This document shows, in pieces, positions 1-13,385 of a stretch of DNA of 64,000 bases. The notes below the pieces were generated by a model that did not search any database, was not told the origin of the DNA, and saw only the letters and a list, made by a program, of their open reading frames with translations. Origin of the DNA: Macrostomum lignano (Eukaryota); NCBI GenBank assembly GCA_002269645.1, contig NIVC01000065.1, positions 186,001 through 250,000 on the forward strand, read 5' to 3'. Position 1 is the stretch's first letter. Each line of letters begins with the position of its first letter. A program made the position numbers and the translations under genes.

Positions 1-137
1 CACCTGCTCTCCCGGGGTGGCGGTGTTTGTACTTTTATTTGCTGCACTTTATTCCGATTGTTAGTCAGTTTGATACAGGGAAAAGACACAGACAGGACTA
101 GGACACTAAGACTAACACTAAAACGGACTGCAGTAAG

Positions 138-234
138 ACGGACAGACAGACAGACAGACAGAGACAGACAGACAGACAGACTGTAGAGTCAGATAGACAG
201 ACAGACAGACAAACAGACAGACAAACAGACAGAC

Positions 235-316
<82 letters not shown>
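138..316. repeat. (GACA)n microsatellite in intron 1 of the RCC1-repeat gene
   Basis: Direct tetranucleotide repeat; explains the CLSV-repeat ORFs. Confidence 0.95.
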
Positions 317-317
<1 letters not shown>

Positions 318-330
318 CAGGACAGCTCAC

Positions 331-648
331 CTGACAGAACCGATTGCAGCAGCCAGCTCCGCCGCCGCTGTTGTTGCTCCCGTTGACTCCGCGGCCCCCG
401 GCGCCACCCAGCTGGGCAAAGCTGTCGGAGCCGCAGGCGCGCACGCAGCCGTCCTGTCGGAGCAGCAGCGAATGGCCGTCGCCGCCGCACAGCGCGGCAA
501 CATTGGCGTCGTCCTCCGGCAGCCGAGTGGGCACGGCGGCAAGAGTGTCGCGGGCGGAGCCGCCGATGCCCAACTGGCCGTCGGAATTCTCGCCCCAAGC
601 AAATAGGCTGACCTGGAGATTAACAGCAGGTGCACTGGATTGGAACAT
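331..648 (-). CDS. First coding exon of an RCC1-repeat protein, SERGEF/DelGEF-like; gene continues off the left edge
   Basis: ATG at 648. The translation has [15 protein letters not shown]...[11 protein letters not shown]...[11 protein letters not shown], typical RCC1 blades. GTGAG donor at 330 after ...RFCQ (phase 0). A possible next exon starts at base 3 (CAG|GTG). Confidence 0.8.
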
Positions 649-800
649 TGTGCACTTGTATTTGTATAGTACACTAACATTGTAGAGCAGGACTAAAGAC
701 TTGAGTCGTCAATGATATCTAAATATCACCAAAGTTTAAAATCCAGAAACTAAATACTGTCCAACACTTGCTTGTTAATTATTAAAGACAGCTTGATTTA

Positions 801-1351
801 GGAAAGGGTGTACATTGCTACTGACCTGCCCAATTAAATTAATAGGAAGTGTACATTGCTCCTGACCTGCCCAATTAAATGAATAGGAAGTGTACATTGC
901 TACTGACCTCACCGGCCCCAATTAACTAAATAGGAAGTGTACATTGCTCCTGACCTGCCCAATTAAATTAATAGGAAGTGTACACATTGCTTCTGACCTC
1001 CCCAGCCCCAAATTAAATGAATAGGAAGTGTACATTGCTCCTGACCTGCCCAATTAAATGAATAGGAAGTGTACATTGCTCCTGACCTGCCCAACTAAAT
1101 GAATAGGAAGTGTACATTGCTCCTGACCTGCCCAATTAAATGAATAGGAAGTGTACATTGCTCCTGACCTGCCCAATTAAATGAATAGGAAGTGTACATT
1201 GCTCCTGACCTCCCCAGCCCCAATTAAATGAATAGGAAGTGTACATTGCTCCTGACCTCCCCAGCCCCAATTAAATGAATAGGAAGTGTACATTGCTACT
1301 GACCTCCCCAACCCTAATTAAATGAATGAGAAGTGTACATTGTTCCTGACC
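801..1351. repeat. 41-bp minisatellite (CCAATTAAATGAATAGGAAGTGTACATTGCTCCTGACCTGC)
   Basis: Period 41 (e.g. ATAGGAAGTG at 1021 and 1062); about 13 units. Confidence 0.95.
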
Positions 1352-2166
1352 GCCACAAAATCGCATTCAAACGCATCGCGTTCAAAGAGTCAAACAGCCT
1401 TTAGTTACATATTGTTACTAACTCACTGTCGTGAATTAATGAAAACGACGTAACAAAAAATTTTTAAGAGCAACAACAGAACAAGAAAAATGCCATCGAA
1501 ACTTTATGACTGACCGACAATAAGAAAAGTCGATATGAAAAAAATCTCTCTCTTAACAAATTATACAAGCAAGTAATATTAACAAATACGTACGAGTACT
1601 CAATAAAAGTGTCAATTTTGGTACAACTGTTTTCCAATAAAATTTGAAACTATTTTCCAAGAAATCACACAACAGCATACAGCTGACGTACCGAAGCGAA
1701 ATTCGACCGATGTGATCGTTTTAATTTTGATCTGGCCGACTGGACAGAAGCATTCGAAGCGGAATCGAGTTGAAGTGTACTTATACTTAGTCTACGCTGG
1801 CGATTAAGATGAAGATGATGATGCTCCATTATAGCTCATGTATTTAATAATAACTCAATCTTCCAACAACTATTAGCTACACACGAACGGCTCCTTAACT
1901 AAGAGTTTTAAATCCGGAGTTGACAAATAACAAAAATAATTCAGACATTCTATACTAAACTGCAAGTACAATATTTTATAAGTTTAACTTTATATTAAAG
2001 TCTTGAATGTTGAATCTTTCAAGTAAAGCCATAGAAATAAAAATTATAAACATTACCATGTTATGGTATTGAAACTAAAAATAGTCCATTGCTATTTTAG
2101 AAAAAATTTTCGTTAACTTACAGTCGCGACTTTTACCAAAGGAAGATTTATCAGGTGGGTGAATGA

Positions 2167-2670
2167 ATCTGGGATTTCCTATCCCAAGTCAGGGACTACT
2201 AATTACTTAGTATATGCCGGGTATGCTAACAACTCCGGGATTTCCCATCCCAGGTATACTAATGACTATGGGATTTCCCATCTCAGGTATGCTAACAACT
2301 CCGGGATTTCCCATCGCAGGTATGCTAATGACTCTGGGATTTCCCATCGCAGGTATGCTAATGACTCTGGGATTTCCCATCGCAGGTATGCTAATGACTC
2401 TGGGATTTCCCATCGCAGGTATGCTAATGACTCTGGATTTCCCATCCCAGGTATACTAATTTTGACTCTGGGATTTCCCATTCCAGGTATGTTAGTGACT
2501 GTGGGATTTCCCATCCCAGGTATGATGGTGACTGTGGGATTTCCCATCCCAGGTCAGAGACTACTAAATACTTAGTACCTGTCCCAGGTACGGTCAGAGA
2601 CTACTAAATACTTAGTACCTGTCCCAGGTACGGTAATCACTTCGGGATTTACCATCCCAGGTGTGCTAAT
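2167..2670. repeat. 33-bp minisatellite with GGGATTTCCC core
   Basis: Unit CTCTGGGATTTCCCATCGCAGGTATGCTAATGA; 11-aa periodicity in the overlapping ORFs. Confidence 0.95.
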
Positions 2671-3159
2671 AATTTCTCAGATGTGCTAATTAATTAATTT
2701 AATTAATTTTAAAAAAATCTTATTTCGTTAAAAAATCGCATCAAACTACTGAGAGTAATCAAACAAAAATCACACTGATAGCAGGAATCCAAATTAGCAA
2801 TTTTGATTTGCGCAAAACTATAGATTGCAAAAAAAGAACAGATCGAATTGGAGACGTTCAAAATACATGAAAAACACAAAATGGGCACTCACCCCGGGAC
2901 AATAGGGCACCAGACTGTTGCTGGTTCGATAAGCTGCGTACATACGAGTAGATACTGCGAAGCAAAACAGCTGTAAAACGGCGCAAAGTTATTTCACTTG
3001 TTAGAAGACGGCTCTATAAATATTAATTCTATTTTGGTTATAATAAGTTATTGTATTTGAATATTGAGTTTTTAAAAAAACAAAAACAAAATATAAATGT
3101 TTATGGAGTTCAGTTGAAAAGTGTTAAAACTAAATGCACATTAGAAAGTGACGGCTTAG

Positions 3160-4060
3160 GCCAGAGAAAATCGATAATCTTGGGGGTTTGAGGGACTGGC
3201 CAGAAAAAATCGATAACCCTGGGGTTTAAGGGACTGACCAGAAAGAATCGATAACCCTGGGGTTTGAGGCACTGACCAGAGAAAATCGATCATCTTGAGG
3301 GTTTCAGGGACTGGCCAGAGAAAATCGATAATCTTGAGGGTTTCAGGGGCTGGCCAGAGAAAATCGATAATCTTGAGGGTTTCAGGGACTGACCAGAAAG
3401 AATCGATAACCCTGGGGTTTAAGGGACTGACCAGAAAGAATCGATAACCCTGGGGTTTGAGGCACTGACCAGAGAAAATCGATCATCTTGAGGGTTTCAG
3501 GGACTGGCCAGAGAAAATCGATAATCTTGAGGGTTTCAGAGACTGGCCAGAGAAAATCGATAATCTTGAGGGTTTCATAGACTGGCCAGAGAAAATCGAT
3601 AATCTTGAGGGTTTCAGAGACTGGCCAGAGAAAATCGATAATCTTGAGGGTTTCAGAGACTGGCCAGAGAAAATCGATAATCTTGAGGGTTTCAGAGACT
3701 GGCCAGAGAAAATCGATAATCTTGAGGGTTTCAGAGACTGGCCAGAGAAAATCGATAATCTTGAGGGTTTCAGAGACTGGCCAGAGAAAATCGATAATCT
3801 TGAGGGTTTCAGGGGCTGGCCAGAGAAAATCGATAATCTTGAGGGTTTCAGGGACTGACCAGAAAGAATCGATAACCCTGGGGTTTAAGGGACTGACCAG
3901 AAAGAATCGATAACCCTGGGGTTTGAGGCACTGACCAGAGAAAATCGATAATCTTGAGGGTTTCAGGGACTGGCCAGAGAAAATCGATAATCTTGAGGGT
4001 TTCAGGGACTGGCCAGAGAAAATCGATAATCCTAAAGGGGCTTGGAGGACTGGCAAGAGA
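3160..4060. repeat. 39-bp minisatellite (GGCCAGAGAAAATCGATAATCTTGAGGGTTTCAGAGACT)
   Basis: About 22 tandem units; 13-aa periodicity in the overlapping ORFs. Confidence 0.95.
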
Positions 4061-5714
4061 AAACCAGAAGGGACTAAAAGCAGAAGATCGCTTAGTCCTT
4101 TAAGAGACCTGTCAAACTTATAGACTGTTAACCCCCTACCCTTTTAGCACTAAATGCCATTTTCCATAAAGTAACAATTAACTTAGAAAAGACAAAACAC
4201 AAGTAGCTTTCCAAAATGAGAGGCAAATCGGTTAACACTTTCTTCTTGGATTTATTAATCGATGTTAAAAAAACTTAACAATACAATGTTTTTATATGTT
4301 CTTAAAGCTTTAATTATGGCAAAAAGTACGCATGGAGATGGGGTGGTGGGTGTGCAGGCTCCAGCATACAAATACTCGAGTGTACAATAAGTATAGAAAA
4401 TCATAGCTCTTGTATTAAGACAAGTTTGGAAAGCCAAAAAAACTACAACAATAAACAGCAAACAAGCACGGGTGAAACATAAAAAAATCAATTTAGAATC
4501 AAATTCAATCTACATGTAAGCTTTTTTTAGACGTTCTTTGACACTGCTGGGCCAAGATTATTAATACAAGAAAATGCGTGCGTTGAGTTCCTTGCAAATA
4601 CACGCAACTCAGACTAATAACAGATTGATATTGAATATAATTAGTAGGTAAGCAATCAGTGACAAGTTCGGCTTTAAAACTACTGGGCCATAAATACTAC
4701 TCAGATTGTATTAATCTCTAACAGTCAATAGTATATTCAAAATTCTCACCTAAGATGTAGATTATACATTCTAAAATCTTAACCCAGAGATAGATATAGT
4801 CAGATTATAATCAAAGCCCATCTCACACAGAGATATAGATTCCCAAAATCTAATTCCAAAAATAGATATAGCCGATACAAAAATACATGCTGTGCAAACA
4901 GGAATTATTAACTCCTCAAGCTTCAATTGTGACACGAGATGGGTCAGTCAAGATCTATCAAATGAAAAATAACTATTGCAGCGATAAGTTGCACTCGTAT
5001 TTAAAAGCACGCTCAACATAAAAATACCGAGACAGGATACAAAATACGCCAAACACACACACTGCCGCAATATGCTACTGCTGGATAAGTATTAGTAGTA
5101 TAAGTAGTATGAAAACGGAAGAATGAACAAAAAACACTAGTTTCCTTTGTTATACTAGCAAGAATTGAGTGAGAAAACAGGTGATTATTACTGCTAAGCT
5201 TTAATTAGTTTGGCTAAGCCTAAATTATTTTAAAAAAAAACAACTTAGTTTTTTTAACAAAATAAAAACAAGAAAAATATGATGTTTACACTATGTAACA
5301 GTAAGTATGATTGTGCACCAATTGTATTGCACATTCGCAATCAAAATATAAAATTTTTATAATAAGACTTAATCATAACAGGCGAACAAGCAGAAAAAAT
5401 AGATTCTTGACTAGCTTCCATAAACTCGCTCTCTACTTATAGTAGTGCTTTGGTCCATGCTAGATAAACAGACTAGGCTTAGTATATGCAGTTATTGTTT
5501 GAGTTAGGCTGCAAACCTTGACACTAGAGTGCAGATGACAGCTTATTGCAGCCACATACCAGATACCACAACTGTTAGAGCCATACATGCGCATATTAGT
5601 TGTTATTGAAAAGCCACAGTTTAGTAATATTACCGATTTTTGTAGAAAGAGTGCTAACAGTATACACTAATGATGAATTTCAGCGACTAATAGGTTGATT
5701 AGATATGAAGATTC

Positions 5715-6218
5715 ATAGGGGAATTCCAGTTGACTTTTTAGGAGAATTCCAGTTAGATTTGATGGGGAATTCCAGTAGATTTTATAGGTGAATTCCAGTT
5801 GGATTTTTCATTTGGGAATTCCGGCATACTTCATAGAGGAATTTTAGTTAACTTCATAGTGCGATTCCAGTAGATTTCATAGGAAATCTCAGCAGATTTC
5901 ATAAGGGAATTCCAGTAGATATTATAGGGGAATTCCAGTTGATTTCATAGGGGATTTCCAGTAGATTTTGTAGGGGAACTCCAGTTGATTTCATAGGGAA
6001 TTCCAGTTGATTTCATAGGGGAATTCCAGTTGATTTCATAGGGGAATTCCAGTTGATCTCATAGGGAATTCCAGTTGATTTCATAGGGGAATTCCAATTA
6101 AATTTCATAGGGGAACTCCAGTTGATTTCATAGGGGAATTCCAGTTGATCTCATAGGGAATTCCAGTTGATTTCATAGGGGAATTCCAGTTGATCTCAAA
6201 GGGAATTCCAGTTGATTC
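5715..6218. repeat. 22-23-bp minisatellite (GGGGAATTCCAGTTGATTTCATA)
   Basis: Tandem units that degenerate toward the left end. Confidence 0.9.
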
Positions 6219-6406
6219 ATAAAAACCAGGCGCAGTCACAAATTTCGGATGAGCATGACGTAAGCAATTAACATGATACAATTGGCATATGAAAAGCCTG
6301 CGCTCTATACAAAAGCAACCATAACAAGCATAATCTTACATACTACTGTCAAAGTTAAATAAGTAGTATTAGTTACCAAAAACATTGTGGAGCACCAACT
6401 CAGTTT

Positions 6407-9400
6407 TCATTGCTGTCGATTATAGCGAATAATAACAACGCAAAAGACGATAATCGCCGATAGGCCAGTCACGTGACGCCAATTAATGTTGCGACTCAAT
6501 CGATTTTCACCGCCCATAGCAACCGAAGTGATGTGGCGAACGGAACGCTGCAAATTTTATGGTAAATATACTCTGGTTGAGTGGGTTCTGGAATTGGTAT
6601 TCTAGGAAAAAATTAAGGGTACATGTACGAGTATGTAATGATATTCTGTGTTTCCAGGAATGGGATTTCCAGATTGGTTTGTTCTCAGCTTTGATTACTG
6701 GGGCACTTGAAACTGGATAGGATTTAGGATAAAGTTCAAGATAGGGTTTAGCATAGGGTTTAGGATAGGGTTCGAGATAGGGTTTAGGATATGGTTCTGG
6801 ATAGGGTTTAGAATAGGGTTCAGGATAGGGTTTAGGATAGGGTTTAGGATAGGGTTCAGGATAGGGTTCAGGATAGGGTTTAGGATAGGGTTTAGGATAG
6901 GGTTCAGGATAGGGTTCAGGATAGGGTTTAGGATGGGGTTCAGGATAGGGTTTAGGATAGGGGTCAAGATAGGGTTTAGGATAGGGTTCAAGATACGGTT
7001 TAGGATAGGGTTCAGGATAGGGTTTAGGATGGGGTTTAGGATAAGGCAATAATAACTGGCAAACATGCATATCTCACCCAACCGCCGTGCTCCGCAATCC
7101 AGCTAGCGATTCGTTCGGTCACCAGGAAGCGACAAATCCAGCTAACAATTTGACGCAGGAAGCCGGACACGCCGTGACGAATTTTCTCTACGGCGACTCG
7201 GTAGCCAAAGAAAAATAGCGCCACAATTCGGCCCCAGTTGATCACGTGATCACGAAATAAACGGATGGCAACGCGGCGGAATAGCTGCGAATATTGAGGG
7301 TATTTAGGTTTTTTCCTGTAATTCAGTGGCGATTCCTCTGATAAGTTAGGGGCGATTTTCACTTCAATTAGGGGCGATTTTCCCTTCAATTAGGGGCGAT
7401 TTTCCCTAATAAGGGGCGATTTCCCTAAAGTTAGGGGCGATTTTCTCTTTAATTAGGGGCGATTTTCCCTAATAAGGGGCGACTTTCTCTTCACTTAGGG
7501 GCGATTCCCCCTAATAAGGGGCGATTTTCCCTTAAATTAGGGGCGATTTTCTCTTCAATTAGGGGCGATTTCCCCTAATAAAGGGCGATTTTCCCTTAGG
7601 TTAGGGGCGATTTTCCCTTAGGTTAGAGGCGATTTTCTCTTCCATTATGGGCGATTTTCCCTGATAAGGGGCGATTTTCCCTAATAAGGGGCGATTTTCC
7701 CTTAAGTTAGGGGCGATTTTCTCTTCAATTTTGGGCGATTTTCCCTGATAGGGGCGATTTTCCCTAATAAGGCGCGATTTTCCCTTGTAAGTAAGGGGCG
7801 ATTTTCCCTGAAGTTAGGGGCGACTTTTTTTATATTAAGAAGAGGATTTCCCTGTTAAAATCCTCACCTCAAACGACGCCTCAGAATCGGTCAACTGACT
7901 CTCCAAGGATTTAATCATATCCTTGAACTGGCTGCTATATCTCTGCTGAATATCGTCGCCAATCTCGGCCAGTTGGCGACCAATTCGAGCCTCTTGAGAC
8001 AGTGGCGGCGGCCGCTCCCTGGCCAGCTCGGGCGAGTCCGGAGTGCCCGGATCCAATTGGCCAATCTCCCTGTCGCGGGCGAATCTTTCAAATACAAACG
8101 AACGAAATATGCCGTCAGCCTGGGTGCTGACGTTCTCTTCCGTGTCTGGCGGACTTTCCGGTTCGCATAGCAGGCGCGGAGTCAAAGGCGGATAGGCGGC
8201 GGCGGCGGCCGCCTCATCGCTGGCGTCTGGAGCGGCGGCGGCGGCGGCGTCAGACACAACCGATCCGTTTGCCGCGTTGCCAGGATTGGCGCTACTTGCC
8301 TGTTTAATGTGCACGAAAGCAGTTTGTAAATAAGTAATACATTTTTGTGTTAAATACTACTTATAATAAACCGATACAAATTCTCACACTATCTCACACA
8401 AACGCCCCTGACGGCTACAATTGTTTTTATAGTTACCCTCGCGAGGCCAACCAGCCTCCCAGAGCTTGCATCTTTGCGACCAAAACGCTCAGTGCGTGGC
8501 TCAGATCGGACCTGTCCAACAGGGACATTTGCGTCATCCAATCCGAGGACCTCCTTCCTGGGAAGACCACACTCATTGCCTCGGTTTACCTACCAGGCGA
8601 TGTTGCGGTCGTCCTCAGAGCCCTCGCTACGCTGGTAGAGCTCTGCTCTGGTAAAAACTACGAGCTCTTGGTTGCCGGCGACATCAACACCCACCATACT
8701 CACTGGCATTAATCAGAGAGGCGAAGACCTCCTAGCCTACGTTGCCTCTACGACCCTCGAGTTCTGCAACTCTGGGTCCACCGCCACCTTTGACAACGGA
8801 CGGTGGTCGGAGGTGATCGACGCTACGCTCAGACTCTACCAAAGTATTGGGGCGTGGCGGGTGCTTCCAGTGTCCTCACTCTCTGATCACAAGTTCATCT
8901 CCTTCAACCTGATGGCCGCGCGTAGCGCAACTCGTGTTACGTGGAGACGGAACGCCAGAAATACTGATTGGGAAACCTTCGGGCTCGCTCTGAAGGAATT
9001 CCATCGGTCTCCTGGCCAACCATCCACGATCACGTCATGCCAAGAAGCGGATGAGTGCGCTAACCGCCGCTTTTGAGGCGTCCTGCCCTTTAAAAGCCTA
9101 TAAAGGGAAAAATCCGCACCGTGGTAGAATCCCGAGCTCGGCAACCTCCGTCGCAGAGCTAAGAGACTCCACCGCAGAGCTACTAAAACTAAGAGCCCAG
9201 CGGACCAAACCGCCTACCATGAAGCAATCCATGAGTTTAAAAGGCAGGTTAGGAATTCAAAGGCTCAAAAATGGCGACAATACTGTAAGGAGCTAGAGGG
9301 CTCACGCCTCACCTCCAGAATTGTTAAAGCGCTTACGCTGGACAAAATGTCTAAGCTCTCCTCGGTCAAACACACCGACGGTACGTCCACGGACAACCCA

Positions 9401-12294
9401 GGGGAAACGCTTGCTGTAATGCTCACTGCGTTTTTCCCCAACGAGCCAGCTAACACGACCACTCCGGATCACTCGGAGGGAGGTCACGCGCTGGCTGCCT
9501 CTATCATCACGGAGGACCGCATCGTGAGAGCGGCTAATTCCTTCAAACCTTTCAAAGCCCCAGGACCCGACGGCATTGTACCGGCTCTCCTAAGACAGGC
9601 GGTTAAATGCCCAGGCTTCCTGTGTAAACTTTGCAGCCTTCTTGGGGTGTGAATCACGCTTGGTTATGTCCCACAGGCATGGATCGAGGCAAAGGTGATT
9701 TTTATCCCTAAGCCAGGCCGCCCAGACTACCAATCTATCAAATCCTTCAGACCGATCAGCCTGACCTCCTCCCTGGTCAAGCTGATAGAGAGACTGGTGC
9801 TTTGGTGCCTTCTCTCTGTTGAGCTGAAGAACAAACCTTTCAGTGAGAACCAGCACGCTTTTCGGGTGGGTCGCTCCACTGAAAGCGCGCTGCACGTCCT
9901 GGTCGATAAACTTGAGAAGGCCGTGCTTGGTAACGGCTTTGCTCTGGGGATCTTCTTGGACATCATTGGCGCCTTCGATAACGTCCTCTTCGAGGCGTTC
10001 CGAAGAGCTCTTTGTGAGAGGTAAACGCACTCACATCTCACCAGATGGATCATGTACATGATCAGCCATCGCACGGCCACCGCCAATCTGCTGGGCCACC
10101 AGAGGGCGGTCCCCGTCTGCAAAGGTAGCCCGCAAGGTGGGGTGCTGTCTCCAGTTCTATGGAACATGGTCATCGATGAGCTCCTCCGGGATGCTCGGCC
10201 TGACCCCATTCTGAAAGTAGGATATGCGGACGATGTCACCGCGGTGGCATCTGGTCCGTCCCCTGATACCCTCAGGGACCTTCTTCAGAACTTCATCTAC
10301 GCCGCTGAGCAATGGGCGGACCGCTGTGGTTTAAGGCTCTCTGAGACTAAGACCGCAGCGATCATGTTCACCAGCAGGACCAAGTGGCAGATTCGGCCGC
10401 TCACGCTTTACAGAAGGGAAATCCCCTTCTGCAAGCACACTAAATGTCTGGGTATTACCCTGGACCACACGCTGAACTGGTCACCCCACGTTCAAGCAAA
10501 AGCCAAGAAGCCAAGAATCCATCAAAGATGGTCGCGTCGGCTTTGGGGTTTGCATCATCATCAACGGCCGTGTCATTTCCACGCATGCCCAGCACACTGG
10601 CAGACTCTCCACGGTCTTCCAGAACGAAGTCCTTGCCATCAGCTCCTGCGCTGCAGAGCTGAACGCCAAGGGTAAGAAAAGAGAGACTATTGTCATCCAC
10701 TCTGACAGCCAAGCGGCCTTACAGGCCCTTTGCCACACCACAACGAACTCCCGGACAGTCGCCGCCAGGCTGAAGTGGATCCCAGGGCACGCAGGGTTTC
10801 CGGGGAACGAGCTGGCAGACACCCTCGACAAGAGGGGCAGCTCTGGCTCTTTCTTTGGCCCTGCCTCCCTGGTCCCTATGCCCTCGACAGTCATCAATCG
10901 TCAGATCGACAACTGGGCTGACTCCTTCCACAGGGACAGATGGGCGGGCACCCAAAACTGCCGGCAATCTCGTGCTGTTCCTTACCCGTCTTGCAGGCTC
11001 AGAAACGTTCTTCTGAACCAAAATCGGAAGGATATTCAAGCCCTTGTCATGACCCTTACCGGCCACGGCTACCTTGCCAGGCACTGCTTCCTCAGAGGTG
11101 ACCTCAAGAGTGAACTTTGCCCTTTTTGCAAGTACGACAATGAAGATGCTCAGCACTTTGTTTGTCACTGCCTTTTCTTTACCAGAGACCGGCTATGCTA
11201 ACTTGGGCTAAACCTGTCCATTGACGAGGTCTGCCAGCCCAACAGCATCTCACGGCTCATCCTGTTCCTTCGGGCAACTAGACGAGCCAGTTTCTTCCCA
11301 ATGGAAGATCACGCTGAAGGATGGACCGGCGGACCACCCTGACTGGCCCCACGCCTCTGCCTGTCTGCGGGCCTTCAAGGCTAGCGAAATGGGTGACCCT
11401 TACCTGCCTGCTGTGTCTATAGACCACCATGCAGCTAAGTCAAAGTAAGTCAAGGTTATTAGCCCTTATATAATTCTATTAAAGAGCTTTAGTCATAAAC
11501 CCTTAGAATTAGCCTAATGAGATTCGGTTATCAAGCCTCAGAATTCCCTAATGAGATTCAGTTATCAAGCCTCAGAATTCCCTAATGAGATTTGGTTATC
11601 AAGCCTTAGAATTCCCTAATGAGATTCGGTCATCAAGCCTCAGAATTCCCTTGAGATTCGGTCATCAAGCCTCAGAATTCCCTTAATGAGATTCAGTTAT
11701 CAAGCCTTAGAATTCCCTAATGAGATTTGGTTATCAAGCCTCAGAATTCCCTAATGAGATTCGGTCATTAAACACCAGAATTCCCCTAATGAGATTCCAT
11801 TATCAAGCCTTAGAATTCCTCTAATGAGATTCCATTATCAAGCCTCAGAATTCCCCTAATGAGATTTGGTCATCAAACATCAGAATTCCCTTAATGAGAT
11901 TCGGTCATCAAGCCTCAGAATTCCCCTAATGAGATTTGGTCATCAAACCTCAGAATTCCCCTAATGAGATTTGGTCATCAAACCTCAGAATTCCCCTAAT
12001 GAGATTTGGTCATCAAACCTCAGAATTCCCCTAATGAGATTTGGTCATCAAACCTCAGAATTCCCCAAATGAGCTTCATCATTAAGCCTCAGAATTTCCT
12101 TGATATTCAGGTGAAAAAATGATACAAACAAATAAATACAATTATGAGCAAGTTTACAAATATAAAATGACATCTTTATTACAATTTATTACCTCAATAT
12201 CTGATGGATCAAAGCTGAACACACCAGCCATATTGCTTCTTTGATCTCCACCAGCTCCTTGACAGGTACCATCATTTGTACTATTGTTATTCAT
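6407..12294 (-). CDS. bak: Pro-apoptotic Bcl-2 family protein, Bak-like, 293 aa, 4 coding exons
   Basis: complement(join(6407..6547,7078..7284,7868..8299,12193..12294)); all introns are GT-AG, phase 0, and the frame stays open. BH3 RQLAEIGDDIQQRY, BH1 INWGRIVALFFFGY, BH2 WIAEHGGW, C-terminal TM VTGLSAIIVFCVVII then RYNRQQ*. An in-frame TAA lies two codons before the ATG. Exon 1 rests on splice phase and an open frame only. Confidence 0.88.
6714..7043. repeat. 12-bp repeat (TTAGGATAGGGT / TCAGGATAGGGT), telomere-like, in Bak intron 3
   Basis: About 27 units; source of the PYPK/ILNP-repeat ORFs. Confidence 0.9.
7344..7825. repeat. ~20-bp minisatellite (TAAGGGGCGATTTTCCC...) in Bak intron 2
   Basis: Recurrent AGGGGCGATTTTC core with variable linkers. 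Confidence 0.9.
8408..11452 (+). mobile_element. Decayed, 5'-truncated non-LTR retrotransposon (APE-RT-RNase H-CCHC; LOA/Lian-like) in Bak intron 1
   Basis: Motifs in order: APE (IASVYLPG, LLVAGDINTHH, VIDAT, SDHKFI); RT (FRPISL, QHAFR, FLDIIGAFD, GSPQGGVLSPVLWN, YADD); RNase H in a shifted frame (VFQNEVLAI, IHSDSQAAL, LKWIPGHAGFPGNELAD); CPFC..EDAQHFVCHC. Several stops and frameshifts, plus an internal deletion near 10510. Confidence 0.92.
11500..12100. repeat. 34-35-bp minisatellite (GAGATTTGGTCATCAAACCTCAGAATTCCCCTAAT) in Bak intron 1
   Basis: About 17 tandem units. Confidence 0.93.
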
Positions 12295-13124
12295 ATCTTA
12301 GGTTTCACTTATAGAGATATTAATAATGACACTCAGTCTATGTAGTACTTAATTTTGGTCCGACTAGAAGCAGCAAAACTAGTGGCTATCCTGGAATTTT
12401 AATTTGTAAAAAAGGCAAGTAAGTTTTTAAAGCAGTTTATTACTCTTTTAAACATGTTTTATTTAACAAAATTTGAAACATTTTTTTATAAAAAAACATA
12501 ACATTACCAAAAGCACAGGTTCAACTTCAAATTTTCATTGTTCTAGCATGTTTTAAAATTAAAATGCAGAAAATTTTTATTAAAAATAAAATATATTTAA
12601 ATTAAACTAAAAATTATAATTAAAAACAGTAAGGCATTTTATAACACATTTCATGAAATTTATTATTGTTAAGTACTAAAAAAATACAATAAAATTAACT
12701 TAGTATACTAAAATTGATTGACATCACTGGAGCTTTTTGTGCCAAATTTGTGCCCTAGCCACATTTTTCCCAAATGACACAAATTATTTGAAGGTTAAAT
12801 GCCACTTTGGCACATATTAATTTTTAATTTGGCATATCCTCTTTTCAAGTTTTGAGTTATAAATGTTGAAAACCTTTATTTTTATTTTATACAAGCTGTT
12901 GAAACCTGTAGATTTTAAACCTGCCAAATTCTAATCCCTGCAACTTTTTGCATGCAATCTAAAATCTGAAGCCATACTCAAAAAAGTTTATTAATAGTTG
13001 GGATAGAGTTGAAAAAATTGGAATTAATTTGTGTTAGATTAAAATTTGAAGCAAGCATTGATCTTGTTGATTAGGGTTGCCACGGATTGACAGGTAACAT
13101 TTGTCTAAAGCATGCACTGGCAAA

Positions 13125-13385
13125 CTCTAGTCTCTGATCTCTGCCTTTCTCTCTATCCCTTAGGTCCTTTAAAACTTATCTGTTCTCTGCTCTCTTCTTT
13201 CTCATCTTATCTCTTTTTTAACTTTCCTCTCTTCTCTCTTCTTTTTAATCTCTAGTCTCTTATCTTTCCCCTCTTCTTTGCTTCTTCTCTACTATTTTAT
13301 CTTTTATCTCTTCTTTCTTTTCCTTTAGGCCTTTTTTCTTTTCTTTATATTCCCCCTTTAAATATCTTATGTTCTCTTTCATCTC
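13125..13385. repeat. Pyrimidine-rich (CT) low-complexity tract
   Basis: Almost exclusively C/T on the + strand. Confidence 0.8.

Noticed and set aside
8300-8314. ORF-track start MHIKQ for Bak (also 34592 for POU4 and 48910 for the carrier)
   Set aside because: These are GTG codons at or inside exon/intron boundaries; true ATGs lie in upstream exons.
8380-11480. Target-site duplication for the LINE
   Set aside because: No matching direct repeat found by eye at the two ends, so the boundaries are approximate.
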